Assembly: GCA_907165135.1 (NCBI GenBank)
Contig: OU015568.1
Coordinates: forward strand, 7,564,001-7,628,000
Origin: Oikopleura dioica
Lineage: Eukaryota; Animalia; Chordata
Reading direction: 5' to 3'
Length of the DNA stretch: 64,000 bases
The position numbers were made by a program, and so were the translations under genes. Positions within the stretch are counted from its first letter, which is position 1; each line of letters starts with the position of its first letter. This document shows positions 36,316-54,421 of the stretch, piece by piece. The notes below the pieces were generated by a model. It had not been told where the DNA came from. It made no database searches and saw only the letters and a list, made by a program, of their open reading frames with translations.

Positions 36316-37003
36316 AAAAACAGCCCTACAACTGTAACTGTAAAACTAACAGCATAAAAACTAACTATATGAAATTCATATCGAACGTTCCATATCAACA
36401 GTTCTCTCTCTCTTTCTTCCTGATTACCGAATCACCTGCTCAATTACAGCTCTCGTCCTTCGCAGTAACAAACTGTAGCCTGCATATTTAATTCCTGCAA
36501 AAAAATGAGACACTGTAACAAGTTGAAATAAAGTTTTTGCCTTTTTGTTGTATTTGGCGGAATTTCTCGAGCTCAAATAGAAACTCTAGTTTAATATAAA
36601 TATATGTATAGAACTAAGGATATTGTTGAACGCTGTTCAGCAGTCTGACAGTAAGACTACGACACAACATAACAGAAGTGGAATAGAAGCGATTATTTCC
36701 AACCGGAACCGGTCGTTGATAATGACGAGTTAAGAAGTTGGGTGCAAAGCAACCAGGCTTGTACCCTTGTGACCCCACTTTGATGTCACTGTGAGATACT
36801 GGAAGATAAGAATTGAAAGCATATTCAAAGGTTTAAGAAAAAAAGTTGGATGTAGGGTTGGGGAGATTGATGAGCGCGAACAGAAATCTCAGGAAAAAAG
36901 GATGAAAAGGGTTCAAAAGATTGTACAGTTGCGTCTACCCAGTTATTGCACCTGCGCGGATAAACGATGAAATTCAAAAACGCTAGTATTTTGAATCGCA
37001 GCT

Positions 37004-40817
<3,814 letters not shown>

Positions 40818-43800
40818 TGTAATTTATCAAATTGTTATGTTACGAAAACTGTTCGTTGAACTAATTGAACACGTTTTTCATTGTTTACGGTCCCCGCAAA
40901 TGTTCTAGAAACAATTACCCCTTTTGGTCGTTTAGCGGCAGGTTCTCCAGAGCTCATCTTGGGTTTTAGGGTCTCTTTTACGAAAAACTAGGAGAGTGAT
41001 AGAATTCTGCAGCGGGAGTAGTAGCTGGCTCACGTCTGAGCCCTGTCGTTTGAGCCCAACGCCAAGAGGCCTGTGCGGGCGAGAGGGCGCCAAATTCAAA
41101 CAACAGTTGAAACGACTTATTGATAGCCCCCGAAAACCTCCACCAAGAGTAAAAATGATGGGGCCACAGAGCATCTCAGCATTATCGTGAAAACCGCTTA
41201 TCGGGATTGGGTTGAGCGAGCGTTGGCGTCGCGCCAAAGTGCTGCATATAGGGCGGCATATCCTGCTGGCAGGGGGCCAGGAAACGTCGCTTTCCATGTA
41301 CCGACCAAATTACGCCGGTCACGGTTCATTACGGTGTTTCTTTTCAACTAGAATTTAGGGTCTGATAATTAAAAATCGACCACCTAGCATTCTTCATTAA
41401 TTATGATGCTATTAATTTAGCCAAAATCGAGTCCTTGAAAAATTCCAATTCAAGTCTTTTGACGTCATAAAATAGCATGGACGATTTGTCAAAGGAGAAA
41501 AAAAATGAGCAATTGTGACAAAAATCAGTTCCTTATTGTACCCAAGGACATGATACCAAGGCCGCGCCAAAGACAAATACTACCTACCCGCCGCAAACGA
41601 TTCTCCCCTACCTTGAAGTTACTACCTTGCCCTGAGTCAATGAGACCTTAGTCCTTGGCAGTAAAAAATAAGGGGATCATTAAAAGTTGAAAGAATTGAG
41701 AGAGAATTAGGCATACTTTGGTAGTCCCGGCGATGAGCTCGTCCATAGGGTGCCCGTCACAATCATAATTATCCAGCGACATTTTTACAACTTGAGAAAC
41801 TAAGGAGTCCTTATTATTAAACTCTAAAAGACGATCAGTTTCAGCTGGCGCTCTTCTTTAGTGAATAGGTAATATTTTAATTTCGTAAACGTGGCATTTT
41901 ATTGTCATCTCAATTATTAGCGTCTTCAAGGACCATCAATGCTCAACGAATATCCTGGTCAATTTCTGGCTTGTTTCATTATGTAATCAATTACATAAAC
42001 AAAAACCAAAGAGCCGCGAGAAAACATAAAAAATGCCCAAGTTCATATTTATCTTTGGCCGTAAACTATTTGACGATTTACGGCAGTGCGTAAAAAATGG
42101 ACCTATTTTCCTTGATTTACGCGATCGACTCTTTCTTTTCACTCGTCGCGATTTCTGTCCAGTTGGTTAGACAAAAAATGCAATGATAAAATCAACAATG
42201 GAAATCAGTGTTGTTAAATTTCTCTAACCAGGAAACTTGGACTTGCTTGTAATATGCATTTTGCGGTAGAAAAATATAAAAATAAAGTGGTTTCTGATTA
42301 TAAATTAGTTTTGATTTTGAGTTGGTTTAATTTTCAAACCGGAAATGATTATGTCCTTTAGCCTATTCATCCCCTTTTGATTTTCTGATCGCTTATGATC
42401 TGAGGGATTATTTATTATTATCATCAGACTGAAAAAACAAGAACTTGTCTAACTGATAAGCGCTGGCGCGACTCCCGCTGCGTTTAGTGTGATAGCGCTG
42501 TTTATGCTCGCTTGAAAGAAGCTTGAAGAAGCGGATATTATATGTTATCAGCACTAGAATTCAATGAATTCAATTGAACATGCAGATGGCTAGGATCATG
42601 GAGCTGCTCCTGCCTTAGGTGCTTCCTTTGCCGGGTGCGGTTCAACCAAAAAAAGTGAACTCGGCGGGAGATCGCCCGCAAAATGAATCGCCCCAGGCGC
42701 TATTCTTGCTGATAACGAGCGATCCAGCGGGAAATTAGATAAGTCCGGGTCAATACCGGATGTTCGCGGGTAAACCCTCATGTCTGTCAGCCAAAAGTCT
42801 GCACAAGTTTAACATACTTTGGTTAAATAAACAAAAGTCTGATAACTTATCAGTGATAAGAAAATTTTCATAGTTTTTGAAGAAAATAATATAATTTTTT
42901 GAATAGATTTTCAATAAGAAATTAGGAGAATAAAATTCAATGAGCCGGGTTGGAGGACAAAAGACGGTCCAATAAATTCCACGCCACTAATTTTCACGCG
43001 AAGAATAGTCAATTTGAAATTCTCTGAAAAACTTACCTCAGCCATCTTTTTTTTTGTGTTGTGTTGGATTATGCTTCTATTGGGGGAAAAGGTTTGATTG
43101 TTGTCAAGTCAAAAGTTATCGAAAATATATTTTCTCTTCTGGCTCAAAGAAGTGGGCTTCACCCGGCTGGTTTTATACGGAAGAGCCGAGACGGGTGCGA
43201 GAGGGCGCCAAACGCTGCGAATTTCGGAATGAAAATGTGCGTCTTTGGAGTCATTGCTCTGAAGGGGACGAGGACAAGGTCGAGCGAAGAATCGTCTTGG
43301 AGGATCACGAGGCAGGAAGTCAGTTCTTCGACCTTGATGCTAATGATGAATTTACCGTGCTTCAAGAATTAGGCTCTTATTCAAAGAGTCATCTCTTGAA
43401 TCCACCATCTTTTAGGAAAAAAATCATCAGATGGCATAAATAAAGCTTCTGGGATAATTCCGAATCCACTCCATTTCGTCGACATTGGATCGATAGGCAA
43501 CAGTTTGGAGTTACAAAGATCACTGTCATTCATCCAAACAGTTTTCTGTCAAAACAATATTCCCATTCTAACCCCTTTTGAACCATTTTTACGGGCGCCT
43601 CTTTCACTTTGTCTATGAGATCACTTGCCATTGTCTTTTTTTTCTGTCATAATTAATCTCCAGCTCCTCATTCTAGCAATTTCTTCCTTCGAAATTCTGC
43701 CTCAATCATCGTTTGACAAGCTGTCTGTCGATCTGTAGACTTTTCTGAGTAATATCCGAGGAACTCCCTCGAAGGGCGAGAACAAAGCCAATGAGTCATT

Positions 43801-45658
43801 ATTTTCGATGAATTTTTCGATGAAGTCTAAATTCGATTTCGATGAAACGTGAGGGAAGGCACCACCACCACCCGGCCGTTGCACCAACAGCCTACGCAGA
43901 GTCGAAATGACTAATAAGGTGCTGGAAATTACACCAGATTAGGAAGGGATTAGATTTATCAAAACTATCATACTGTTGTTATCCCTAAAATGGAATGTCG
44001 TATAAATCAGGCTCTGGAATTTATGATGAGCTCTTGAACTCTTGATAGAAGGTTCATAAACAAGAAGCATTTCACCTGAAAGTACCTTTTCAAAAAATAT
44101 TTATTGAGTTAGGGGGTGCTATTTCGTTTGACGTTTCAGCCATAAATCTTGCCCTAGCCTAGAAGCAAGCTCATTCAGTCAGTGTTACCATCCCTCTGTG
44201 GCTGTATGATATGTCTTTCACGATGATCTTATTTATTGCGTTTTTCGCTTGAACCAGTGCAGAAGGAATTTACTTCGTTTTTTTTTTCTTTGAGAGAGCG
44301 TTCGTTTTATATAAATCTGGATTGCTTCCAAAATGCAGGTAATTTATGGCTGTCAGATTTCCCAACTACTTCGTACTTGATAAGCTACCTAGCGAAAATG
44401 ACGAACGAAAGTCTCGAATTTTGAGATGATAATGATCGACTAGAGAATTTGGAGGGTGCGAACAGCAAGACCGTATATACTGTCACTATCCTCGTTTATA
44501 CCACAAAATAGCCTGTAAATAGACAGAAATTAAGGCCTTCGCAAAGTGATTTTTGCTTTGATTATTCTGATTTTCAGGGACGAAGAGGGTCATCAATGCC
44601 GAACAAAGAGAACGTCCAGGAACGTCATTGATTTCAGTCAGTAATCAATGAGAAATTTGGTCTCACCTTGGCCGATTTTCTTTTACACAAAATTTAACAC
44701 AAGGTAATATGGCAAGGAAAAACTTTCCAGACAGCGCAAATAGCAAGAATCAAAGTCAACAATTCAAAAATTCAACAAGGTAGTTTCATAATTCTCACGG
44801 TTTCGTTTTAACTCTGTTTCTTGTTGTAAAGCGTAATTGCTTTCTAAAAATAACGCTGTTTTGGCAGGGACAGCAGAATGGTGTTCACAAAATGAGTCGG
44901 TGAAATATTTACACTTTGCTGAATTTAGCGCTTTTCGCGGTACTCATTTGGCACGAGTCCAGTCAGAACTTGTTTTTAGATTTTCAGCCAATATAAAAAG
45001 TACGGCTTGAGTTTATACAAAAATATCTAGGATCTTGTAAGTCGTCCGAATTAACACATGTAGCCTAATAGCGTCTTCAGAAGTTTACAACCCTAGACTT
45101 TCTATAAATTCAGGAAATTATTAAATACTTTGGGTGGCCAAAAATAACCTCAATAGTTACGGTATCAAAGCGTCTTACAGGTGAATAGAACGTTCGCCCC
45201 GACAAATCGAAGGTACTCAAAAGCTGCTATCGTCAGGAAGACGAAATTTGGCCCGCGCATCTCACGAACGGATAACGCTAAAAACTATCTTTTCCCAGCG
45301 CTGTTTGGTATTGAAACAAAAAGTTCAGCCGGCATCGTGTTTTATTTTGAGCTAAAGAATATTCCAGCGCCTATCCGTAAAAATAGTGCTCTCACTTGTG
45401 CTCATGCTGGTCATTGTTGGATCCTGCTGCTACTTTCTGTCAACAAAGTTTATCGCCTACTGGTATTCCGAACAATAAAATAAACTCTAAAATCGTCTCT
45501 CTCGTTTGCAAGAAATTCAAGGGGGTTTTGAAGAGTAAGTGTTGTTTTATTACAGCCCAATAGTAGGACTCTAAGTTCAATAAATAAGCAGCTGTGAGTA
45601 AAAGTGCTACTACGCCTAGTGATCGGTTTTAGCATCGGTTCGAGAATCAGTGACACCT

Positions 45659-48600
45659 TTAGATAGCATTTGCAGTTTTAGAAGCTTCATTTGAAGCTTT
45701 CTTTATGTAAGAATTAGCCAGCTTCTGCGCGGCTCCAGAAAGTTCGCCAACAATTTTTTCAACGGCTAAAATTTACTTTCAGTATTTTTACATTTTTGAT
45801 GTTTTTACCTTCTTCGTTTTTAGTTGCTACGGACATATTAGCGAGGAGAGTGCATCCATTCTTTCTCATCGATGATAAGTTCGACCTGATCGCTTCCAAG
45901 CTTATCTGCGCCATTCTCGTCCACGCGTTTGTCTCAGAGAACTCTTTGGCGGAGGAAGCATCGCCAGCGCCTGCCAATTTCACATTTTCGTTCGCGACTT
46001 TGAGTGGAATCGGGATAAGATAACCAAAGAAGATGTTCTTGACCTCATCGTTTTCAGACTGCTTCAGTCCTTCACAGAAAGGCTCGATAAGTGAAATTGC
46101 TGGTAGATGCTTTGAAATCGCCTAAAACGAAGCTCTAAAACTGAAGATAGAAAAATCTTACCTCAAGACACTCTTCAGCTTGTAATTCGCAAGATTCATC
46201 AGTAGACAGCTGCACAAGCGTTTTCACAAGACCGGAGGTGAAGTTTTGGAATGATTTCGGACAGAGTTCTGCCATCTTCGAGATCATCTCAAACGCTGCT
46301 TGCTGAAGTGTGCTTTCTTCCTTGTCTTTTATGCATTTCTGAAGAAGGAAATAAGAAAAAGGCTTTGTCTGATTTTCTTTACCTCTAGCGCAAGTAAAAC
46401 TCTTGAAATTTCCATTTCATCGAGCAGCTCTGGCTCGAGACTTTCTAGAGCGACGAGCTTGTCCGCAGCTTGAGCGTTGGAATCAATGAAGATGTCAGCA
46501 GGAGAGAGGCTTTCAGATGTTCCTTCCTCAGAGCGACAGGGCGAGGGAGGTGGCCGACTGTCGGGTCGATCCTCATTCAAGTTGGCACTAGACTTGTCGT
46601 TCGCATTTGAGCTTGTCATGGATAGTTGTGAAAATTGAGAACCAAGAGTATCGGTCGAAATCGGCTCAGGAATCGACGATGACGATGGCGGTTCAAGAAC
46701 GAGTTTTTCTTCCGTCGCTGGGGTCTGCGGTGTGCTTGGAGTAAGCGTGGAGCTTGGTGAATTGATAGGAAGTTCCAGTTTTGGTGGATTTAGTGAAGAA
46801 GGGGTAGTTGGCTTTGACGACGAGGTTTTGCGGATGGGAATGCTGGAACTGCTCTGGGGTGTCTTAGAAGCAACTCCAGTTGTCGCTCGGGGGATTTTCG
46901 TGCTCGAGTTTGGTTCAGAGCGAGTCTTGCCTGGGCGTGAAACTGGTCGACGAGAAGGACTGACTCTGCGGGAACCAGCTCTAGAGCCAACTCGGGAGCC
47001 GATGCGAGAACCTTGTCTTGAAGTTGTTCGTGAAGAAGTTCTATAAAAATCTGGTGAAATATTGATTGCTAAATGCGTTCTTACGTGGAAAATGTGGCTT
47101 CAAGAAGGTATCTGACTTGCATAACGCGTGTCTCGCCAAGAAGGTCCATCAGGGCTTCGAAATCGTCTCCACAAGATTTTTGAAGAGCAGTGAGTGCTTC
47201 GTGACCACATTTACGGATCTAAAAAGATGATGAACAAGTGTTGTTAGAATTCATCACCCCTAAAAATTTTCCGAACCGCGCTAAACGTTAAAATTCCATG
47301 CTTTATTATTTGAATCAGTTCATCAAGCAGGTTAGTAATTTTTTGAGAAATAGAATAGATTCATCAATAAAAAATGATTGGCAATGTAAATGCTAGCAAA
47401 TAATGGTAAGTAAAGGCTTTACGTCATGGGAGAAGTCCGCGCCGTATCTTGTCTTAACATTGATATGAATTTAGGACGAAGATTGACAGTGAATCAGTTC
47501 ACCGAAGAGTACAAACACCATTGATAATATAAGCTTACTGATTTGGTACTCCATATGTTACGGCTCTAAGGATGTTAGAATAAGGAAGTTCAAAATTGAA
47601 TGTTCACAAGAAATCTTACTTGTGCCGCCGTTTTGTTCGTAGACCGATTCTCTCTCGTTATATCGCCACCCCATTCGCCAATTCTGACAATCGCTGTTTT
47701 AGCTTCATCCGAGTGCAGTTCTCCTAAACAAAAGTCAAACTCTCGTCTTCATGGCCGCGCAGTACTAACCTCCTTCAACTCGTGGAGCAAGAGCGGTAAG
47801 CCAAACTAAAATCTGGACCTTGTGTCGTGATGATCTCGTTTCATCACTGGTGATGAACTTCGAAACAGCTTGAAGTTGCCAAGTCGGATTCAAATTCTCA
47901 ATCGCGCTTGTTCTCGACTTCACCAAGGCAGCAAGCGTCTGTCCGGGAAGCGACGAGTCCGCAGCCTTGTTCGTTAGAGCTGGCACAAGGAAACTGCACC
48001 AGGGATAGTCGAGAACTGGCCCACAGACCATCAAGAATTCGGATAACGCGCCCAGAGCAGATAGAAAGAGGTCGTTTCGTACGGTAAGAAGATACTTGAA
48101 TGATTCGAGAAGCTTTTTCAATTCGGGCGTTCGGAATGCGACCTTTGCTTTAACAATCGCTTGAAGCCTTCGAGTCCAGCTCGTTTGTCGTTCATGTTGT
48201 TCGACGAGATAGCTCTTATCACTGAGACCGTTCGATCCTCGGGCGTCCTATTCGTTGATGAACCGACTCTTCCTCGACCTGGTGATCCAGCCCTACTTCC
48301 AACAGTAGTTCGGCTGCGATTCACGATTCGCGTTCCTGTTCGTCTTCCAGGACTGCCTCCACGGGAAAGTGGTACGCGTGGCTTCGGCATTGCCCCAGCA
48401 GAACGTCCGTTTCTTCCAGGTGAGACTGTTCGTGAGCCTGGCTGCGTTCTCGTTGGTCGACCAACATTTCTTCTTCCAGGAGAATTCGCTCTTGATCCAT
48501 TTCTCGAAGGCATTCTTGATTCAGCTACCTTACCAAGGATCAAGTTCTGTTGCGCAGTCGTTAGCTTTCGCAGCATATCGGCGGCCTCTTGCGGGAAATG

Positions 48601-50093
48601 AGTGTGAAGACCATGCCAAGCTCGTCGAGCGCACTTTCTGGTTTCACCATCATTGTCGTAGATTCCTCTGTTGATTGCTTCAACAATTCCAGCTCGATGT
48701 TTTCGAAGTGGTCGCGCATCTTCCCAAAGAGTGAGAACGGACTCCAGCAAGCCCATAACTTTCCGGCGAACCTTTGGAGTATTCTGTTCCTTGAGTTGGG
48801 GATTTGTTCCGGGGTTGCTGGCGAGAATAACTCGTACGACCTTTTTTTAGCTTATCAAAAAGTTCTTTTTCTTTCAAGATAATTTTAATTAAGAGTCATT
48901 TGATAAACATTCCTTTGAATGCTGGTATCTTCGGACGCACATCTTGAGTGCTGTTTCAGCGACGCCAGCTGTTGCGTTGGTGGATTCAGAGATTCTAGGG
49001 AGCATTTGAACCAAATGCGCCACTGCATCATCAAATGGTGTGTTCGGAGAACTTTCAATCGAGCAGATATGCTGAATCGTCAGGCAAACTTCTCTTGTTG
49101 TAGCTGTCAGCTTTCTTAGTCTGAGATTATCGATGGCAAACGCAGGGAAGAAGGTCGCAACTTCATCCCAGAGCTCGTTTTCAGATGCGAACTTGGCGTG
49201 GTGATACAAGACAGATCGCAGCTTTCGCATCGTCTTGATTCGGTCGTCTGGATCAAGTCCGCCCTCGCGAATTACTGCTCCAACAGTGTCTAATCTATCG
49301 TAAAGATCGGCAACGCTAATATCCGCTTTTGAAACATCATCCATCCATTCTCCGTTCGCAGCAGCAGGGGCCACAGGTTTCTTCACAGGAATTTCATTCA
49401 TCTTTTGTTTGAGCTCTGCGTCGTCTGCTCCTTGGCACTTGTCGAAGGCTTGACGAGCAGGCCAACCCAATAACTTGATAAGATTCGTGATAGCTACCAG
49501 CGCTGCCATCCGAGGCTGAGTCGCTGGATCAGTAACGGCCATCGTCACGAGCGCTTGAGCGAGGTTGTCCGACTTGTTTTCTGCGAGAAGTTCGAGGAAA
49601 CCGCTGTTCTTTCCGAGCCGCTGAATGACGGACAGAACCAAGAGAGCACATCCTTCCCGAATCAGGTGCAGTTCGTGGGTGAATCCGTTCATCACCATGT
49701 CGAAGATCTCCTTGGCGCTGAAGATGTGCACAAGATTGGTGAGCATCAAAATCGCGCCCTTTCTCGCCTTCATCGAAGTCTGCCCAAGAGTCGTGAGTAA
49801 AGGAGAAACAGTCAGGCCGATCAAAGGTCGGAATTCATCGTCAAGTCGCTCTAAGAGAGTAGAGATGCAATCAAGCGCAGCAGTGATGATGTCATCGTCT
49901 GAAATTATAATGAAGAAAACTGGAAATCGATTGTATTAAAAAACTTACCAGAAGTATTCTCAAGCCAACTGGCGAGCTCCTTACAAGCAGCCATCGCCTG
50001 AGCCTTCGAAAAGTCCTCATCTTCTTCCATCAAGTCAATGAATCGCCTCGCAATCTCGATCTTTTCATCCTTACTTGTCCCACTCTCCTCCAT
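45659..50093 (-). CDS. CLASP: CLIP-associating protein (TOG domains), multi-exon
   Basis: TOG2-like TREVCLTIQHI...GIYDNDGETRKCARRAWHGLHTHF, SRxGSP basic linker repeats, C-terminal LSGAAQKLANSYIKKA. Confidence 0.85.
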
Positions 50094-50419
50094 CTCAAAA
50101 TATTCGTCACTTTTTATTCTCATTTTTTATGAAATAATTTAGCAATATGCACAGTTACGAAATGGCCAATTTTGAATTGCGTCAGATGGTGATGCTAGAG
50201 AGGCAAGAGCAAATATCAGTGGGAGGGTTCTGACGAAAGATCAATATCAAGATTGCAGATTTTAAATCACCGGTTGAAATGGAACATTCTCTGCGGGGTA
50301 CTGATGGGAAAATGGGCCGTTTCTCTTAGAAAATAAACGAAAAACCAATGCGGTAAATCTTGGAAATCCATTAAATCTGGGTCAAATCAGCTAAAAGCAA
50401 TAAAAAGTCTCTCAGATGA

Positions 50420-50530
50420 TCTGGTTTTGAAAGGAGACTTTCGCGCTCTCCAACTGGCGCGAGCCAATCAGGCGCTTAGGAAATTCTCATTCTCTCAAAT
50501 GCGCAATTGAATATTTCGCAATTTTGAAAA
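50420..50530. promoter_or_regulatory. Candidate bidirectional promoter between head-to-head CLASP and PUS7
   Basis: TTTCGCGC (E2F-like) at about 50439, CCAAT at 50464, TTTGAA (CHR-like) at about 50426 and 50523. Confidence 0.45.
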
Positions 50531-50538
50531 ATCGAAAA

Positions 50539-52568
50539 ATGCTGAAAGAGAAGGACGCCGGAATCACGCAATTTCGATGCGAAAATCCTTCATTACGGGT
50601 AATTTGAATTTAAAAATTATCGAAATAAATTATTCCAGGGCATCATAAAACATCGTTGGTCGGATTTCCACGTCAGAGAAATTGGCCTTGACGGATCTGT
50701 CGCGAAATTGACGAAATTCGATGTTCCAAAATCCGAGAATGAAGAAGTTAAAAATGAAGAGCCGAAGATAGAAGTACTTACAGAAGAACAGTTGGAAATA
50801 TTGAAAGCATTCATCGAGAAAACGAAAGAATCGAAGGAGGGTGAAGTACTTTTGGACTTTCCAACAGACTGCAGCAAAGAACTGAGGACACAGTATCACA
50901 AGCAAATAAAGCAGCAATTCGGGGTTCTAGAAACTTTTACGCTGAAGGAAGAAAACAAGATTCGCGCGAAATGGATCAAAAAGGGAGGCAAGGGAGATCG
51001 GAGAAATAAGCGAAGAGATCCGAAGAAAAAGGAGGAAAAGTTCAAATTTGTGCTTTGGAAGGAAAACATGGATACGACTGCGGCGGTGGATCATTTATGC
51101 AGGTTTTTTCTAACAAATTTAACGCTTATTTTGATGTTTCTTTTCAGAATTCTTCGCGTAAATGCCAAACTCTTCAATTTCGCCGGTACAAAAGACAAAC
51201 GCGCGATTACCGCTCAATTCGTCACTTCAAAACTGACTCCAGAAGTGCTCATCGTCGCGAATAAGAAGCTCAAGAATATCAAGGTTGGGAATTTCGAGCT
51301 TCATAATGGAGATCATCTCACTTTGGGCGATCTGAAAGGCAACGAATTCAATATTGTCTTGCGAGACTGTGAGCTTGTCTCTGAAAATGACGAGCCTGAG
51401 AGTAAACGGATCAAGCCAGGTATTTTAATTAAATAATTGAGCTTTTTAAAATTCCTTTTTTGATTAGATTTTTCGTCGATTGTCGCAAAAGCTTACAAAT
51501 CATTGAACGAAAAAGGATTCGTTAATTATTACGGGCTGCAGCGATTTGGAACGAGCGCGATTGCCACTCACGAAATTGGAATCGAAATCTTGAAGGAAAA
51601 TTACGCCGGGGCTGTTGATTTACTTCTGAAGCCAAGGGATGAGCCGAAGCGAAATTCATTCTTGACAGAAACTCGTCGAATCTGGTCGGAAACGAAAGAC
51701 GCTGCCGCTGCGCTAGAAAAACTACCGAAGAAGTTCTGCAACGAAGGAAAGGTCCTTTGCGGATTGAAAGACAAGCCAAATGACTTTGTCGGCGCGCTGG
51801 GAAGACTGACCCGCCCGATGCGACAAATGTACGTACACGCTGTCCAGAGTTACATCTGGAATCGATTGGCTAGCTACAGATTGACACTGGGCGAAGATTT
51901 GATGATTGGAGACCTTGTCCAGCCGAATGAGAATGAAAAACTGAAGGTGCAACTTTTATCCGAGGAAAATATGAAGAATTTTACGATTGAAGATTTAGTC
52001 ATCACCATACCAGGTTAATTTCATCTTCCATTTTTTCTCGAATTTCCATTCCTACTACAGTCTGTAGTACAGTGAAATAACAGCTGAAAACCCGGAAGCC
52101 GCTTGCGGCTTCGAACAAAAAATTTTATCCATTGTTTATTCATTTTATAGGCTTCGACGTTTCATACAGTCCTCTTCTTGCAGAATTCATGGATAAGGAG
52201 CTGGCAGCTTTGGGATTGTCAAGAGAATCCTTCGCCGGAAATGTAAAGGATTACAGGCTTCCAGGAGGCTATCGAAAAATGATTGTCGTGCCAAAAGATG
52301 CAGAAGCTAATGTACTGATGTATTCTTCCAATGAAGAAAATCTTCTCAAATCTGGTAAGAAAGTCAGGAAAGAGTAAATTTAACTGTGAACTTAGAGCGA
52401 GAAGAGTTCCCCGATGAAATGGGAGAAGGTCTTTTGGGCGACAAGAACGAAAAGGGTGAAAATGGAGAGAAAGTGAAAGTTGGAATTAGTCTGAAGATTA
52501 AACTTCCTCCGTCAGCATATGCGACGATGGCGTTGAGGGAGTTTATGCACTGTGACCAGTTTGAATAA
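50539..52568 (+). CDS. PUS7: Pseudouridine synthase 7 (TruD family), spliced
   Basis: GIIKHRWSDFHVREI, FVLWKENMDT, AGTKDKRAITAQ, LGDLKGNEFNIVLR, GFVNYYGLQRFG, LPGGYRK, LPPSAYATMALRE. Confidence 0.95.
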
Positions 52569-53019
52569 ATTATTTTAAAAAAATCACCTACTTTCTGAGT
52601 TTTTTATTCTTGTTATATAATGTTTTGTCGGAATATGAAGCACGTCTGATGAATTACAATCACGTCACAATCCAGCAGCTGCTGCGTAAACGGTCTCCAC
52701 TGGAGCGTCGACAATCTTCTCACAGATCATTCCGAAAACGTATAAGCGCGTGTTATTGTTATTTTCCCGGGTTCAGACAAGTTCCATTTTCTGTTTTCTG
52801 ATTTTATCAACTCTTCGGAGCGGAACAGAAAAGTTTTTTCCTTTTTGATGGATCGATTATTTCACCGTGGCCAATGATAGAGACAGCCTGAAAGCCCAGT
52901 TTTTTGCGCAAAAGTAAAAAAAAACATACGCCACTCACTCACTCATCGCAGCCGGTATTTGCCACTCTGAAATCCCTAGAGTTTTGTTAAAGGCACCATT
53001 GTAAACAGTCCGCCAGAGA

Positions 53020-53858
53020 TAATACTGAACGATCAGAAGATGAAGTCTTCCGACAGCAGTTCTTCAGGAAAAGGTCAAATTTAAGAATGAATTTCTAGAC
53101 CTTTAGTACCGGCAAATCCTAGTCATAGTCTTGTCAGGACCAAGAGATTGAGAGAGTAATTTTATATGAATTCCTAGTTCTGTTTTTGTAGTCCTATTGT
53201 TGACCCAATGAAAGGTTTTAATGTGATGGCGATGCCTGTAGCAGTTAATTCAAAGGAGTACCAAAACAAAATGCTCAAAGGTAAAAAGTAGTTCTTCAAA
53301 TTTTAAGATTCCCCCTTTGAAAATTTATGCTGATTCAATTTCAGGCTTTGAAACACTAACAATGGACTTGTACTCGGAAATGATCCAGACAAAGAAAGAC
53401 AAGAATCAAAAGGAAGTCACAGATCTAATAAAAATGATCAAAAGCCTCCAACGATCGAACCAGCGCGAAAAAGACGACCTAGTTGCCTCCCACAAAGAGG
53501 CCATTTCACGCCTTCTCAAAACGCACCAAACGGAAGTTGAGCAGGCAGCCGATGATCTACGAACAGTAAGAAAAGCTATCGAAATTATTGATTAAAACAA
53601 ATTGAAGAAAATACGAAAAGAAACGGAAGAACTCGTTGCGAAAACAAAGAAATCGCCCTGGTGCGCCTTATGTCATCAACCAGCGGCACTGTACTGTTGC
53701 TGGAATACGAATTACTGTAGTCAAAAGGTAAGACTCTCGGCCACAAGCTCCCGAACCCGCCATATTCAAAACTCAACCGAACCTCATTTTAGTGCCAAAC
53801 GAAGCACTGGACTACTCATGGAACACGCTGCGATCGAGCACCGAATAAAAAAGCATAA
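53020..53858 (+). CDS. Short coiled-coil plus MYND zinc-finger protein (ZMYND11/ZMYND8-like C-terminus)
   Basis: KTKKSPWCALCHQPAALYCCWNTNYCSQK|CQTKHWTTHGTRC. The 5' exons are uncertain. Confidence 0.75.
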
Positions 53859-54421
53859 AACGTGACTAAAAATAGAGCTTATTTATTAGGGTCACCCATC
53901 AAATTGAAACTGTTCACAAGTCAATTCACAATTTTCATTTCTTCCTTGATGCTCTTTCTAGTGTGTCTTGCTGCTGATGTTTTCGCCACAGGAGCTGCAC
54001 TTTTTCTTGCACTGACAGCTACACATGCAGTTTGAGTCGCAGCCCTGCTTTTTTGCTTTTAAATTTTATCCAATAAATAATGGAAATCGCTAAAATTTAT
54101 GTTTGTTTAAAGCTTTAAATTTAAGATTATGGTTGCCAGCCGTCTTATTATACTCGAAGCCGCAAGCCGCTTTTGACCCTTAGCAGTAATTTGTTTTATT
54201 TCAGCAGTTATTCGCTAAAAATTATGACCAATTATTAAAGAAAAGATCAAATTTAGACAGAATTTATTATAAAGGTAAAAAACGGAATTTCCGATCAGGA
54301 ATCAGAAGCTGAATCAAATGTTTCATTTTAATTTCTACAAAGTTTAAAACGTCCTACTAAACAAAGATACAAAATATGCAATTGTTTCATTTTTTCATTT
54401 TATGATGCATTTTTCATGCAT

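Noticed and set aside
40932-41297. 121-aa minus-strand ORF upstream of PAPSS
   Set aside because: No motif, no convincing splice connection; more likely regulatory sequence.
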